A program made the translations under genes and the position numbers. The notes under the pieces were generated by a model, which was not told the DNA's origin, did no database searches, and was given only the letters and a program-made list of their open reading frames with translations. Shown here in pieces: positions 29,601-38,984 of a stretch of 64,000 bases of DNA (position 1 is its first letter; each line of letters opens with the position of its first letter). Origin of the DNA: Candidatus Thorarchaeota archaeon (GTDB lineage Archaea; Asgardarchaeota; Thorarchaeia; Thorarchaeales; Thorarchaeaceae); assembly GCA_004524445.1 (NCBI GenBank), contig SDNP01000009.1, forward strand, positions 1 to 64,000. Direction: 5' to 3'.

Positions 29601-30468
29601 CGTTGTTCTTGGAGTTGATGGTGAATATTCTTGGATGCCCACTCTTGTTTCATATAGTGTCGATAGCAGTGGGTCTGAAATAGAAATAGACGATGCAGGA
29701 CACCCGCTCATGAGTATTCCAAATGATATCGAAGGCGACATTCACTATACCGGCGTCTTCACTCAGCACTCCAGCAATCTGTCTATATTGGCAACCGCTG
29801 GCATGCATCCGGTAATATTGGCTGGACAGCATGGTTTGGGCAAACTCGCACTAACTACAATCGATGAGCAGGGCCCATCAAGAATCCAAATCATTGAAAA
29901 CGCAGTCACATGGAATTCGCAACCATCCATTGTTATAGGTAGCATCCTTAAGAATCAGGAAATAATCTGGTCTGGGGATCGAGTTACTATTGAAATAGAA
30001 CTTGTCGACAGAGAGGGAAACCCGATAGAAGGTGCTGAAGTTCACACCTGGATAAATTCCTCGCCCGTAGCAGTGACAGAATCTGGTAATGGATACTATT
30101 CGATTATTCTTAACGAGAATTGGACTTCTTCTAGAACAGGAATTTATGATATTCGGATTCATGCTGCTCTAAATGGAATGGACACACTTGATGCTACTAT
30201 TCTTGATTTCATATTTATTCGACCTTTCCCATGGCCTGTAATATTGGGATTAGCTGGAGTTATGGTGGCAGTTGCTGTAATCTGGGTATATCGAAAGCGT
30301 AGAAAAGGCGAACCTATCTTGGAATATAAAGAGTATCAAGACTCGGATAGATGGAAAGAACTTACGCGGAAAGAAAGAGAGCGCCTCAAGAAGGAAGAAG
30401 AGGAAAAAGAGCGTAGACAAAAAGAGGAAGATGAAAAATTCAATCCCAAAGAATTCTTTGGGGTATGA
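26608..30468 (+). CDS. Large surface protein: CWB2-like repeats plus C25 (gingipain-like) peptidase domain plus TM anchor
   Basis: Signal peptide; LASLLNVPLLY..SDSLP repeats; STHG...TACL...AVAVIA...LFGDP; C-terminal TM and charged tail. Confidence 0.75.
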   Translation: MSINKKLVVLLVSVLIVAATNLPILAQFNATQLEGHVKRSSALAASLAASSSSIPLRRAIFVAADSESYLDEFAYMAAVPMSIFYDSGTKYVSPLLYSDGKAKQDNLLEDWVEYLQPDGGISQAISVGDMSASRITQLQRQTGTRVYPQIIGQTSHEIAAKLAANDWNESDIAVIALAKDHFEIPLVQAESSSYVFENMQLETERIERAVPIDSPLLVNFEPPEGAGWIYGVFNWTTSDPLVHQLRDPAGRIVDYSVYRQAFFKRNSAYVSNLVPTHFWLPKNMDGTWEVKIEPGGTLMNSLPIDMTITYYPSFQQTISVPANANWLNITADWSNAGTIVNMALIDPNGRMVQWEPSESLLSGAGGKSMEMPYPVQGDWNLICAWMNPTDETNALGVDWAISTLPTGIGGYLESASNGATLASLLNVPLLYANSDSLPAITEWALSRLGVTNTILVDPAGLQSGSLSNDITALVNLTNLNTYPAVSQMISSLSNCNDVILTLPFANNNELFPAASLSGAFHGAPIFSLGGDDNSMTTRAEETWAPYLIGPNIDIFVTRGFEKRIENGWYDERIPNIYSMYNSADSFEDFLTQRGAYNDSANQNILILSRTETIKPSFDRSLQSHFIPGRIPAGTPQSAAFMINKATLHSFIFRIAESADTSLLTMYAYTDGDTYLDNFGNAVQIRQYDDIEAELSSVGFSIESHIGVNEVFNSLNSQVSLWSFSTHGTLSQYPDDPPPRPNGLGVFSLRDEDAPYGFEVSLSETTVDDNLVNPVVHSSENAHHITRTTDDLAASVDYLGSPIVTTTACLLGGTKLPRVLMERGAVAVIAAPRTVYFQPAGLLTVYFTQALANGNSTGTALNYALRSVSYDYTNIQSYTPRDYANQQILFGDPSILLLNPNTVDRVQSVDPNNTFGAHTPNQGVPSIAAIGATSYLPSILDDLGVEHEFYIESNLSESLHLFSLFKTVMIEPDILDTIDSFFSSRIDLLRSFVRRGGTLVVLGVDGEYSWMPTLVSYSVDSSGSEIEIDDAGHPLMSIPNDIEGDIHYTGVFTQHSSNLSILATAGMHPVILAGQHGLGKLALTTIDEQGPSRIQIIENAVTWNSQPSIVIGSILKNQEIIWSGDRVTIEIELVDREGNPIEGAEVHTWINSSPVAVTESGNGYYSIILNENWTSSRTGIYDIRIHAALNGMDTLDATILDFIFIRPFPWPVILGLAGVMVAVAVIWVYRKRRKGEPILEYKEYQDSDRWKELTRKERERLKKEEEEKERRQKEEDEKFNPKEFFGV

Positions 30469-30572
30469 CTTTGGAATGCGCAATTTTCGAAAGAAAAAGG
30501 TGTATTAGCATAACAACATTCAATAGATAACGAGATGGATTGCTTGTTATAAGGCAGAACTGAGGTAATGCG

Positions 30573-30935
30573 ATGTCAAGCCGTGTTGATAAGATAAATG
30601 CCGCAATTAGAGATTTTGAAACAGTACCGGGAGTCGAAGGGGCTGCGTTGGTGTCGCTCGATGGATTGATGATATCCTCTGCCCTTCCTGAGAGCGAGCA
30701 GGAGAGAGTGGCTGCAATAAGCGCTGCAATGTTGTCATTGGGAGAGAAGGCGACGAATGAGCTCGACAGAGGTAACCTCATGGAGATTTATGTGAAGGGC
30801 GATAAAGGCTATACACTCATGACTTCAGTTGGAGAAAGTGCCCTTCTATTAGTTCTTGCCAAGGCAGACGCACAGCTAGGACTAATCTTTGTTGATATGA
30901 AGAGAATGTCAGACAATCTGCTGGATATTCTTTAG
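30573..30935 (+). CDS. Roadblock/LC7 (MglB-like) protein
   Basis: GVEGAALVSLDGLMISS, VAAISAAMLSLG, LGLIF. Confidence 0.93.
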   Translation: MSSRVDKINAAIRDFETVPGVEGAALVSLDGLMISSALPESEQERVAAISAAMLSLGEKATNELDRGNLMEIYVKGDKGYTLMTSVGESALLLVLAKADAQLGLIFVDMKRMSDNLLDIL

Positions 30936-30969
30936 TCAAAACACTGGCTAGTATCACTGCAGACAGAAA

Positions 30970-32232
30970 TTAAAGCAATTCAAGTATGGCATCTACCACG
31001 GCTTTTGCCACTTCGCGTTTTGATGATAAAGGTACCATTCTCTGGGTATCACCTTTGCCAATGATAATGACCTGATTAGTATCTCCCTCAAAGGCAACAC
31101 CTTCTCGGTCCGCATCGTTTGCAACCACCATATCGCAGATGCCTGATTCGATTTTTTCCTTTCCTCTGGCCACTAATTCCTCATCGGACACTCCTGATTC
31201 TACTTTGAATCCTACAATGAGGAGATCTTTACTCAGTTTCCTGGCTTCTTCTATTATTTTGTCGGTAGGTACTAGCTCGATTGTAAAGGGTTTCCCAGAT
31301 GGGCGTTTCCGCTCTTCCTTCTTCGAGGGCGTATAATCCAATACTGCTGCTGCTGAGATGAATGCATCAATCTTGTCTGATTGCAATTTGTCAAGAATTG
31401 ACTTTTGCATTTCTTGAGACGTTTCAACATTGATTACTTCCGCATTATCTGGCGGCTTCTCCTTCGTTGGACCTAAAACAATAGTGACCTCCCCACCACG
31501 AGAGAGAATTTCTTCAGCTAAGGCGATTCCCATTTTTCCGGTTGATGGGTTTGTGATATACCGGATTTTGTCCAACCAGCCACGAGTTGGACCTGCGCTC
31601 ACTAAGAAATATTTTCCCACCAAGTCATTAGGGCCTACCAGAGTGAGAACATGAGATACTATGGCATCAATACTGGGTATTTTTGCCTTAGCCTCCTCCA
31701 TCCTTGGAGATATGACCGTAACTCCTATGGCTTTTAGTTTCTTCACATTATCAATTACCGCAGGATGATCATACATGCTCTCGTGCATGGCCGGAACCAC
31801 GACTACTGGAATATGCGCCCCGATGCCTGATGATACGGTTGTAGTGACGGGTGTATCATCTATTCCGTTGGCCACTTTACCAATCGTATTCGCAGTAGCT
31901 GGTGCAACAAGAATAAGATCGACTCTCCCCGAATGCTTTCCGGCTAAGGTGACATGCTCAATCTGTCCTGTAAGTTCTGTCACCACCGGATTTCCTGTTG
32001 CCCACTCCAAAAGATACGGATGAATAATCTGCTGACTGGATGGGCTCATGACACAATGCACTTCTGCGCCATGCCGCATCAATCTTCTTGCCAAATGAAC
32101 GGTTTCAACAGCTGCAACACTTCCAGTTACGCATAGAGCAATGGATTTGCCCGCTAGAAGGTTACTAATGCTTCCGAGGATGAGTTTCGATGTATGTTGC
32201 ATGACAGATTCATCTATTTTAGACGAGGACAT
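30970..32232 (-). CDS. coaBC: Bifunctional PPC decarboxylase/PPC synthetase
   Basis: APATANTIGK..GIDD, PAMH..MY, AGPT...D..RYITNPSTGKMG, AAAV.DY, VGFK.E, VVAND. Confidence 0.95.
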   Translation of the reverse strand: MSSSKIDESVMQHTSKLILGSISNLLAGKSIALCVTGSVAAVETVHLARRLMRHGAEVHCVMSPSSQQIIHPYLLEWATGNPVVTELTGQIEHVTLAGKHSGRVDLILVAPATANTIGKVANGIDDTPVTTTVSSGIGAHIPVVVVPAMHESMYDHPAVIDNVKKLKAIGVTVISPRMEEAKAKIPSIDAIVSHVLTLVGPNDLVGKYFLVSAGPTRGWLDKIRYITNPSTGKMGIALAEEILSRGGEVTIVLGPTKEKPPDNAEVINVETSQEMQKSILDKLQSDKIDAFISAAAVLDYTPSKKEERKRPSGKPFTIELVPTDKIIEEARKLSKDLLIVGFKVESGVSDEELVARGKEKIESGICDMVVANDADREGVAFEGDTNQVIIIGKGDTQRMVPLSSKREVAKAVVDAILELL

Positions 32233-32333
32233 GCTCGTTCTTAATCTATTCGAATGTGGATGGAAGTGATTCCAACATGAATTTGATTCTTTTTACTGAA
32301 AATTATACTGGGATGATGCCACAAATCGAGAAT

Positions 32334-32469
32334 CTTGTTGAGCTCTTACACGTACTGCATGCGAAAACGTAGGTGGGCAAAGAATATATGTTGCATAATC
32401 ACTCAGCCTTCCCACCGACACCGCACGCCCTAGTCGTTTCGCCGTCGGCCATAGCGTCGCAACAACAAG
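32334..32469 (+). ncRNA. Candidate structured RNA or leader
   Basis: Closing CTTGTTG/CAACAAG; GCGAAAACG/CGTTTCGC; GGTGGG/CCCACC; CCGAC/GTCGG; BRE-TATA-like gaaaattata about 32298. Confidence 0.4.
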
Positions 32470-32561
32470 GGCAGAAATTAACAATGACTCAACCAAAAAG
32501 TCTGTAATCCAGAATAGGTGTGAATTGACGTGTCCAGAATTTCTTATCCCCGAGGAGGCAA

Positions 32562-33380
32562 ATGCTAACCTTGAGGAGAGAGAAGAAGGCACGATTCGAT
32601 GCCTATGAAAAGGTGGTTTCGGATTTTGGCACCCCCTCACAGTCTCTTTTTGTTGTAGACGGTGACAACGAGGTCGACATTTTCAAACGTGACTTCAACG
32701 AGTTTCTGGTTGCTTCAAATAGAATGGAGAAGGACTCTGAAGAGTTACCATATCATATGGTCCGATTTGGGTACGATGGGGATATGCTAGATGATTTATT
32801 CCGATTGACTATCTCAGAAGAGGCAGACAATTTCGAACCAGCGAAGATGGACTCCAATATACTGTTCTCAAAACAGAGTATATTTCAGAATCTCTACGAA
32901 ACCATCACCAAGGATAAATTCGCCATCTTTCACATCACCGAGTTTCCCCTTGCATACTATTTTGAGACTGCCATAACAGTGGATGTAGAGGATCTCTCTG
33001 ATGTCATGGATGGTGATGTTCATGATCAGACAATCCATAGGTATCTAAACGACCTCCGCCAACAGGGCAGTGAAGAACATAGGAAGACATACAGCTTCTT
33101 CTATAGAATCAGTACCTCTCTCCTGATGGAGCTTTCTAATGCATTCTTGGTCGTGCCTACTGCTGGTATGAACCGCCATATGGTCGTCACCAGTTGGAGA
33201 ACTCAGACTCTGCTTCTTGGCTTCAGTCCACTGACATGGTCTTCTGGCAGCTTCAAAGTATGGGATCTCAGCGGACGTGATATTGATGCTCGATGGGCAT
33301 ATCCTGCCCCACCACCGTACGATGATCCTCGCATAAAACAATACACCAGTCTTGTTCCTCTGGGAAAGCATGACGATTGA
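32562..33380 (+). CDS. Hypothetical protein
   Basis: 272-aa ORF with GAGGAGG SD; no family recognised. Confidence 0.7.
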   Translation: MLTLRREKKARFDAYEKVVSDFGTPSQSLFVVDGDNEVDIFKRDFNEFLVASNRMEKDSEELPYHMVRFGYDGDMLDDLFRLTISEEADNFEPAKMDSNILFSKQSIFQNLYETITKDKFAIFHITEFPLAYYFETAITVDVEDLSDVMDGDVHDQTIHRYLNDLRQQGSEEHRKTYSFFYRISTSLLMELSNAFLVVPTAGMNRHMVVTSWRTQTLLLGFSPLTWSSGSFKVWDLSGRDIDARWAYPAPPPYDDPRIKQYTSLVPLGKHDD

Positions 33381-34416
33381 TAGACGAGTGTCAGAACCAT
33401 TCATGTATATACATTTTATACTCATATATCCGCGGAAACAAAATCCTATACATATCTTTATGAACGGCCCTGTTCAGGATGAGTTGACGGAAACATTGAA
33501 GCCTTCAGTTGGAACTGCAACAGCATTTGTTCCTGGACACATCACTGGGTTTTTCAAAATCCATGATGCCAGCAGCAATCTCTTGGAGAGAGGGTCAACA
33601 GGTGCTGGATTTTGTATCACAGCGGGAACCGTCACCACTATAGAATTAGTGGAACAAGACGAACATGATGTATTAGTGACCTATAATGGTGAGCGCATAA
33701 AGGCAGAAATCACAGAAATGGTGGTTGAACGAGTGTCAGAATTATATGGAAAGAGATTCTCAGCTAAGGTAGAGCATGACTCAGAGCTACCCATAGGTGT
33801 CGGGTATGGTGCATCAGGAGCTGGTGCATTGGGTACGGCCCTTGCTATGAACTACATCCTGGATTCTGAAATGACACCCCAAGTAGCTGCACAATATGCT
33901 CATTACGCCGAGGTCGCAAAGCAAGGCGGCCTTGGTGATGTGATTGCTCAGTTCACTGGCGGGATGGAAATTCGAACACGTCCCGGTGCGCCTGGAATCG
34001 GAGAGATTGATCCCTTCAGATGCGAGTCGCCCGTCAGTGTAGTCTTGGCTGGTTCAACTGGTCTGGAGACTAAGTCGGTGCTAAGCAATGAGGGATATAG
34101 ACGCCGGATTAATGAAAGAGGAAGCCAGCTAGTCGGTGGCATGCGAGATAGGCCCACCTGTGAACAATTCATTAAGGCTTCAAGAGATTTCGCCCATTTC
34201 ACGGGTCTCATGAGCGATAGAATAGACGCAGCTCTGTCAGAATTAGATAATGCCAACCTGAAGAATTCTAGCATGGTGATGTTGGGAGATTCGCTGTTTT
34301 GTCTATGTTCGCAGAGCGACGTGGATAGAGCTCGCAATATACTGACTGATTATTGGATGCCCGAGGAGATGCTCGTAACAACAATTGCTAACAGGGGAGG
34401 AGGTATACTACATTGA
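33352..34416 (+). CDS. pok: Pantoate kinase (GHMP); true start likely about 33484-33496
   Basis: AFVPGHITGFF, GSTGAG, LPIGVGYGASGAGAL, AHYAEV...GLGDV, MVMLGDS. Confidence 0.92.
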   Translation: MFLWESMTIDRRVSEPFMYIHFILIYPRKQNPIHIFMNGPVQDELTETLKPSVGTATAFVPGHITGFFKIHDASSNLLERGSTGAGFCITAGTVTTIELVEQDEHDVLVTYNGERIKAEITEMVVERVSELYGKRFSAKVEHDSELPIGVGYGASGAGALGTALAMNYILDSEMTPQVAAQYAHYAEVAKQGGLGDVIAQFTGGMEIRTRPGAPGIGEIDPFRCESPVSVVLAGSTGLETKSVLSNEGYRRRINERGSQLVGGMRDRPTCEQFIKASRDFAHFTGLMSDRIDAALSELDNANLKNSSMVMLGDSLFCLCSQSDVDRARNILTDYWMPEEMLVTTIANRGGGILH

Positions 34417-35210
34417 CAGAGATAGAGATTCCATCCGACCACCCCCGAAGAGTATCTCTAGAAACACGTGAGAGAATAATTGAGGGGCACCAAGATAATA
34501 TTGTAGCTACTGCAGGTCTGCTAGCTCATGGACGCGGAGAAGCGTTCGATTATCTAATTGGAGAAAAGACTAATGACCAAGCTATGAAAGCCATCGATGC
34601 AGCAGTGGCGTCTATGCTTTTGGCGGATCACCCAGTGATTAGCGTTAATGGTAATGCGTGTTCCCTGGTACCAGAAGAGCTTGTGGAATTATCAGAGATT
34701 TGTGGAGCGCCACTAGAAATCAATCTTTTCTATTATCGAAAGGAACGTGAGGATGCGATTGTAACGGCCCTAAAGAAAGCAGGAGCAAAAGAGATTCTTG
34801 GCACTATTGAACGACCATCAGAGACTATTCCCGAGCTGAGCAGTAATCGGCGCAAAGTGGACTCTGATGGAATAGGCTCTGCAGATTTAGTAGTTGTTCC
34901 ACTTGAAGATGGAGACCGAACGGAGGCTCTGAAACGAATCGGCAAGTTCGTGGTCACAATTGATTTGAATCCTATGAGCCGTACGTCCGTTTATTCCGAT
35001 ATTACTATCGTTGATAACATAGTTCGAGCAATGCCTTTGATGGTTGAACGTTCACGTGATTTGAAACACGAACCTAGAGAGAAACTAGAAGCGATAGTCA
35101 AGGCTTTTGATAATAGGAAGAATCTAGAAACCGCTATCGAAAGAATTATTGAACACTTAGAAAAGCAAGCGGCTGGTTTCGCCAACATCACAAAGGAGGA
35201 AAATAGATGA
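34413..35210 (+). CDS. pps: 4-phosphopantoate--beta-alanine ligase
   Basis: HPRRVSL, AHGRGEAFDYLIGE, PLEDGDR, IDLNP.SRT. Confidence 0.95.
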   Translation: MTEIEIPSDHPRRVSLETRERIIEGHQDNIVATAGLLAHGRGEAFDYLIGEKTNDQAMKAIDAAVASMLLADHPVISVNGNACSLVPEELVELSEICGAPLEINLFYYRKEREDAIVTALKKAGAKEILGTIERPSETIPELSSNRRKVDSDGIGSADLVVVPLEDGDRTEALKRIGKFVVTIDLNPMSRTSVYSDITIVDNIVRAMPLMVERSRDLKHEPREKLEAIVKAFDNRKNLETAIERIIEHLEKQAAGFANITKEENR

Positions 35211-36196
35211 ACATTGTCATAATGGGTGCTGGAGCCATAGGAAGCCTATTTGGTGGTATGATGGAGATGGCACAGCCTGGTGCTGTAACGCTGATTGCAC
35301 GTCAGCCCCATGTTGAGGTAATCAAGAAGAACGGACTTCAGATAAAGGGTGTTGTGGGTGAAACTGTGTTGGATATCAACGCGGAAACAAGTGCCAATGG
35401 CATCGCGGAAGCTGACGTTGTTTTCATAACTACAAAAGCATATGATTCAGTTGCAGCTGCACGAAAAATAAAGCACTTGATTGATAATGGAGCATATGTT
35501 GTAGTTGTTCAGAACGGTCTAGGTACTGAAAACCAGATTGCGAAGGTCCTTGGAAGTAGGAGAGTGCTCAGAGCAACCACATGTATGGGCGCTATCTTAG
35601 AGTCTCCGGGAGTCGTGAATGCGACTGGAGAAGGAATCACAGAAATTGGGTCACACTACCCTGAAAACAGTGAACTGATTAAGATGACCGTTGAGCTCAT
35701 CAATGACGCCAATATCAAAACACGGGGTAGTGAAAATATTGAGGGTGTAGTATGGACCAAGACTATTGTCAATTGTGGTATAAACCCAATTGGTGCAATC
35801 ACTGATATGAAGAACGGTGAGGTCTACAGCAGTGCTGTACTGAGAGAACTCGTCATTAAACTAGTGGAAGAAACCGTTGAAGTTGTAAAGGCACTTGGAA
35901 TAGAACTAACCACAACCGACCCCATTCGTTATACACTTGGTACAGCAAAAGCAACTGCCAATAATACGAACTCAATGCTTCAGGACATAAAGGCGCGCAA
36001 GAGAACCGAGATTGAAACGATTACTGGGGCAGTGGTTAAAATGGCGCATAAACTCGGTTTGGAAACTCCAACAAGTGAGGCCGTGTATGCGCTCGTCAAG
36101 GCCATTGAAGCGAAATACTTGGAGAACGAAGATGTTCCTGATGAAGATATTACAATGGCGACAGATGAACTGATAAAGACACTGTCTACACATTAA
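35207..36196 (+). CDS. panE: Ketopantoate reductase
   Basis: GAGAIGS, TKAYD, QNGLG, WTK..VNCGINP, SMLQD....RTEI. Confidence 0.93.
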   Translation: MNIVIMGAGAIGSLFGGMMEMAQPGAVTLIARQPHVEVIKKNGLQIKGVVGETVLDINAETSANGIAEADVVFITTKAYDSVAAARKIKHLIDNGAYVVVVQNGLGTENQIAKVLGSRRVLRATTCMGAILESPGVVNATGEGITEIGSHYPENSELIKMTVELINDANIKTRGSENIEGVVWTKTIVNCGINPIGAITDMKNGEVYSSAVLRELVIKLVEETVEVVKALGIELTTTDPIRYTLGTAKATANNTNSMLQDIKARKRTEIETITGAVVKMAHKLGLETPTSEAVYALVKAIEAKYLENEDVPDEDITMATDELIKTLSTH

Positions 36197-36866
36197 ACCA
36201 GGATTTTGCAGTCTTATAAGACGACATTGCTGACCTCTGAGCATTAGTAAGCATTGGACGCATATGGCCCGGTAATGCGGTACTGAATTCAATTTTTGTT
36301 AGGATTTCTAGGGATTCGACTAGTTGCTGTGGATTTCCAGTTGGAAAATCAACCCTACCAAAGCTCCCTCCTGCGAATAGCGTATCCCCCGTAAACATCA
36401 CTCCTTCCTCCTTGAAATAGAAGCAGCAACTTCCCTCAGAGTGCCCCGGAGTATGTATGACTGTTGCCTGCAATTCACCCAGTTTCAATTCATCTCCATC
36501 TCTAAAGGGCCGGTCAATCTTCATCTTTGGAAGCTTAACACCAAAGGTGCTTGATAAGGTCAGTTGCATGTCGCCCGCGTTTATGCGATTTGCCTCTCTT
36601 TCGTGGAGATGAAGCACAACATCGGTCCTGTCCATTATTGGTGCGACGCCTCCAATATGATCTATATGACTGTGTGTAAGAGCAATATCTGTGATATCCT
36701 CAATCGAATAGTCCAATGATAGAAGTGCTTTCTCAAGATTTTGCAGATGTGCCCCTGTTCCGGAATCGATTAGAACCAGTCTATCTCCCGACTCAATTAA
36801 ACCAATATTTGAGTCGAAGGTACTACTGACTTGGAGATGAATTCCTTCTGTTATCTGTTGAAACAT
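36186..36866 (-). CDS. MBL-fold hydrolase (glyoxalase II-like)
   Basis: THSHIDHIGG, TPGHSEG, TGDTLF, PGH. Confidence 0.9.
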   Translation of the reverse strand: MFQQITEGIHLQVSSTFDSNIGLIESGDRLVLIDSGTGAHLQNLEKALLSLDYSIEDITDIALTHSHIDHIGGVAPIMDRTDVVLHLHEREANRINAGDMQLTLSSTFGVKLPKMKIDRPFRDGDELKLGELQATVIHTPGHSEGSCCFYFKEEGVMFTGDTLFAGGSFGRVDFPTGNPQQLVESLEILTKIEFSTALPGHMRPMLTNAQRSAMSSYKTAKSWFNV

Positions 36867-36870
36867 TAAG

Positions 36871-37995
36871 TCACCTCATTTGCTCCATCAGGAGGTCAAT
36901 ATCATCTTTTGTGTTGTAAAAATGCGGGGATACCCGCAATCTTCCATTGCGAACAGAGCAGTGGATATTTTCCTTCAGCAAAGAATTATGAAGCATTTCA
37001 ACATGGGATGGCTTGCAGGATACAATAGGTGAACGGTTTCTTTCTTCAAACCTGTAGTATTCTATGTCGGATTCATCCAAACATGTTCTAAGATAATCCG
37101 ACACCTCAAGAGCTGCTTCTTCCCGTTTCCTGGAAGGAATATCTAGCAGCAAATCGAGGGATTTCAGGAATCCAACATACGCCATCATGGCTGGTGACCC
37201 TACCTCGAAGCGTCTGGCATCATCAAGAGGCTTTCTCATAGCATAACCAAAATCCTCCATATTCTTTACTCCCCACCATCCAAGATACGCAGGAGTCACT
37301 ATATCAAGGAGCTCCTTTCTAAGAAAGAGAAATCCAGCTCCGATCGGTCCAATCAACCATTTGGCTGCTTGAGCTGTTGCGAAATCCACTCCCATTTCTT
37401 GAAGGTCTATGTCTTTCCATCCTGCAGCTTGAATTATGTCAACAGCAATGAAGCCGCCCATTTCATGCACAGCATCAGCCAGCATTTCTATATTGGGAAC
37501 ATATCCTGAGGAAAATTGAACCAAACTAATTGCCACAACACTTGTATTCTCATCAATAGCATTCAAGAAATCATCATCAGAAACTGCTCCCTGTTGTGAC
37601 CTAACTACTTTGAGTTCTATATTGTTTCTTTTTGCAATGTACTGCCAGGGAATATAGTTTGCCGGAAATTCAAGGTCACAAATTACGATATTAGAATCTT
37701 TGGGGTAATCCAATCCATTTGCAAAGGTATTCAGGCCGGTTGAAGTATTGGGCACGAATCCATACTCTTCACGAGTTCCGCCTAGTAACTTGGCCAAGTT
37801 ACTTCTTATTATGTCAAATGTGGCAAGGGTCTTCTCAAAATCCCCTTTAGCCGCTACTCTACTTTGAAGATATTCTCCTACTGCCTTAACGGTTCTTTGG
37901 GGCATGATGCCTGTGGAGGCATTATTGAGATAGACCATTGTATTCAGAGTCGGGAACTCAGTCTTGCGGAGCTTCTCAACAAACGATGATGTCAT
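36871..37995 (-). CDS. Class V PLP-dependent aminotransferase/lyase
   Basis: YLNNAS, EFPAN, D.IQAAG, AAKWL.GP.G.G, RVSPHFYN. Confidence 0.88.
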   Translation of the reverse strand: MTSSFVEKLRKTEFPTLNTMVYLNNASTGIMPQRTVKAVGEYLQSRVAAKGDFEKTLATFDIIRSNLAKLLGGTREEYGFVPNTSTGLNTFANGLDYPKDSNIVICDLEFPANYIPWQYIAKRNNIELKVVRSQQGAVSDDDFLNAIDENTSVVAISLVQFSSGYVPNIEMLADAVHEMGGFIAVDIIQAAGWKDIDLQEMGVDFATAQAAKWLIGPIGAGFLFLRKELLDIVTPAYLGWWGVKNMEDFGYAMRKPLDDARRFEVGSPAMMAYVGFLKSLDLLLDIPSRKREEAALEVSDYLRTCLDESDIEYYRFEERNRSPIVSCKPSHVEMLHNSLLKENIHCSVRNGRLRVSPHFYNTKDDIDLLMEQMR

Positions 37996-38093
37996 GATAT
38001 GGCGAACTCAATAAATTGGCTGATAAAGCTCACTGATTACATTCACCTAAAGTTTAAGTCTATCCTAGCATTTTTGTGTGACTGGAGAGAGGT

Positions 38094-38984
38094 TTGTCCC
38101 TATTCCGTAGAATCATTGCCCGACTAAAAGGGAAGAAGGAGGAAAAGGAAGAAAAATCAGAGGACACCACGACCTCAGAAACTACGCAGCGAAGAGATAT
38201 GGACAAACCAAAAAAAGTCGAAAAACCAACCCCAGAATCCAAGGAAGTCCCTGCTAAGGCAGAGCCTCCGAAAAGGAAAGTGTATGAGGATTCAACTCCT
38301 CCCGATGGTAGCATTCTTGCATCATCAGCAAGCTTTAGGGTCAATACTGAAGAAACAAAGAACCTGGCTGAAGAAGCAAAAATAGGGGAACATTCTACAG
38401 CTGAGATGGTTCCAGGATATGCTTTGAAGCGAGATGATCAGGGCAGAATCCACATCAAGATTGTGTTCTATGGTCCATCTTTATCAGGAAAGACTACAGC
38501 CCTTAGATGGTTGTTTTCTCACGTTAGATCTCTATCCAAAGGTAAGCTTGTCGAAATTGCAGACGATTTGGGACGAACCACTTTCTTTGACTTTGTACCT
38601 GTTACAGCTAGCGAGAAAATAGTATTTGATGTCTTCACCGTAGCAGGTCAGAGGAGGCACGCGCGTCAGAGAATCAATGTCCTTCGCGATGCTGATGGCA
38701 TAATATTCATGGCTGACTCTCGACCCGAGATGACAAATGAGAATCTGGCGTCTTTGGAAGAGCTAAAGATTGCACTGGGGACTGATAGGATAGCTAACAT
38801 GCCCATTGTTGTTTCATTGAATAAACGTGACCTTCCAAATGCTTTGCCGGTTGACTATATGGTCGATCTGTTGGATGTTGATGGATACCCTGTCTTTCCC
38901 ACAATAGCCACCGAAGGCAAGAACCTTCTGAGAATGTTTCAACGCATTCTTAGAGACTCTCTAATCTTTCGCGTAGGGCTCTAA
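38094..38984 (+). CDS. mglA: MglA-like GTPase with N-terminal basic helix and disordered linker
   Basis: KIVFYGPSLSGKTT, GRTTFFDF, TVAGQ, DADGIIFMADS, NKRDLP. Confidence 0.85.
   Translation: MSLFRRIIARLKGKKEEKEEKSEDTTTSETTQRRDMDKPKKVEKPTPESKEVPAKAEPPKRKVYEDSTPPDGSILASSASFRVNTEETKNLAEEAKIGEHSTAEMVPGYALKRDDQGRIHIKIVFYGPSLSGKTTALRWLFSHVRSLSKGKLVEIADDLGRTTFFDFVPVTASEKIVFDVFTVAGQRRHARQRINVLRDADGIIFMADSRPEMTNENLASLEELKIALGTDRIANMPIVVSLNKRDLPNALPVDYMVDLLDVDGYPVFPTIATEGKNLLRMFQRILRDSLIFRVGL

Noticed and set aside
32334-32469. Hammerhead ribozyme or cobalamin riboswitch on minus strand (CUGAGUGA, GAAAC, GGGAAGGC)
   Set aside because: Required stems I/III and the other B12-box elements cannot be formed
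36871-37995. Selenocysteine lyase or cysteine desulfurase linked to selD
   Set aside because: Lacks the RxGHHC or SSGSAC catalytic Cys loop
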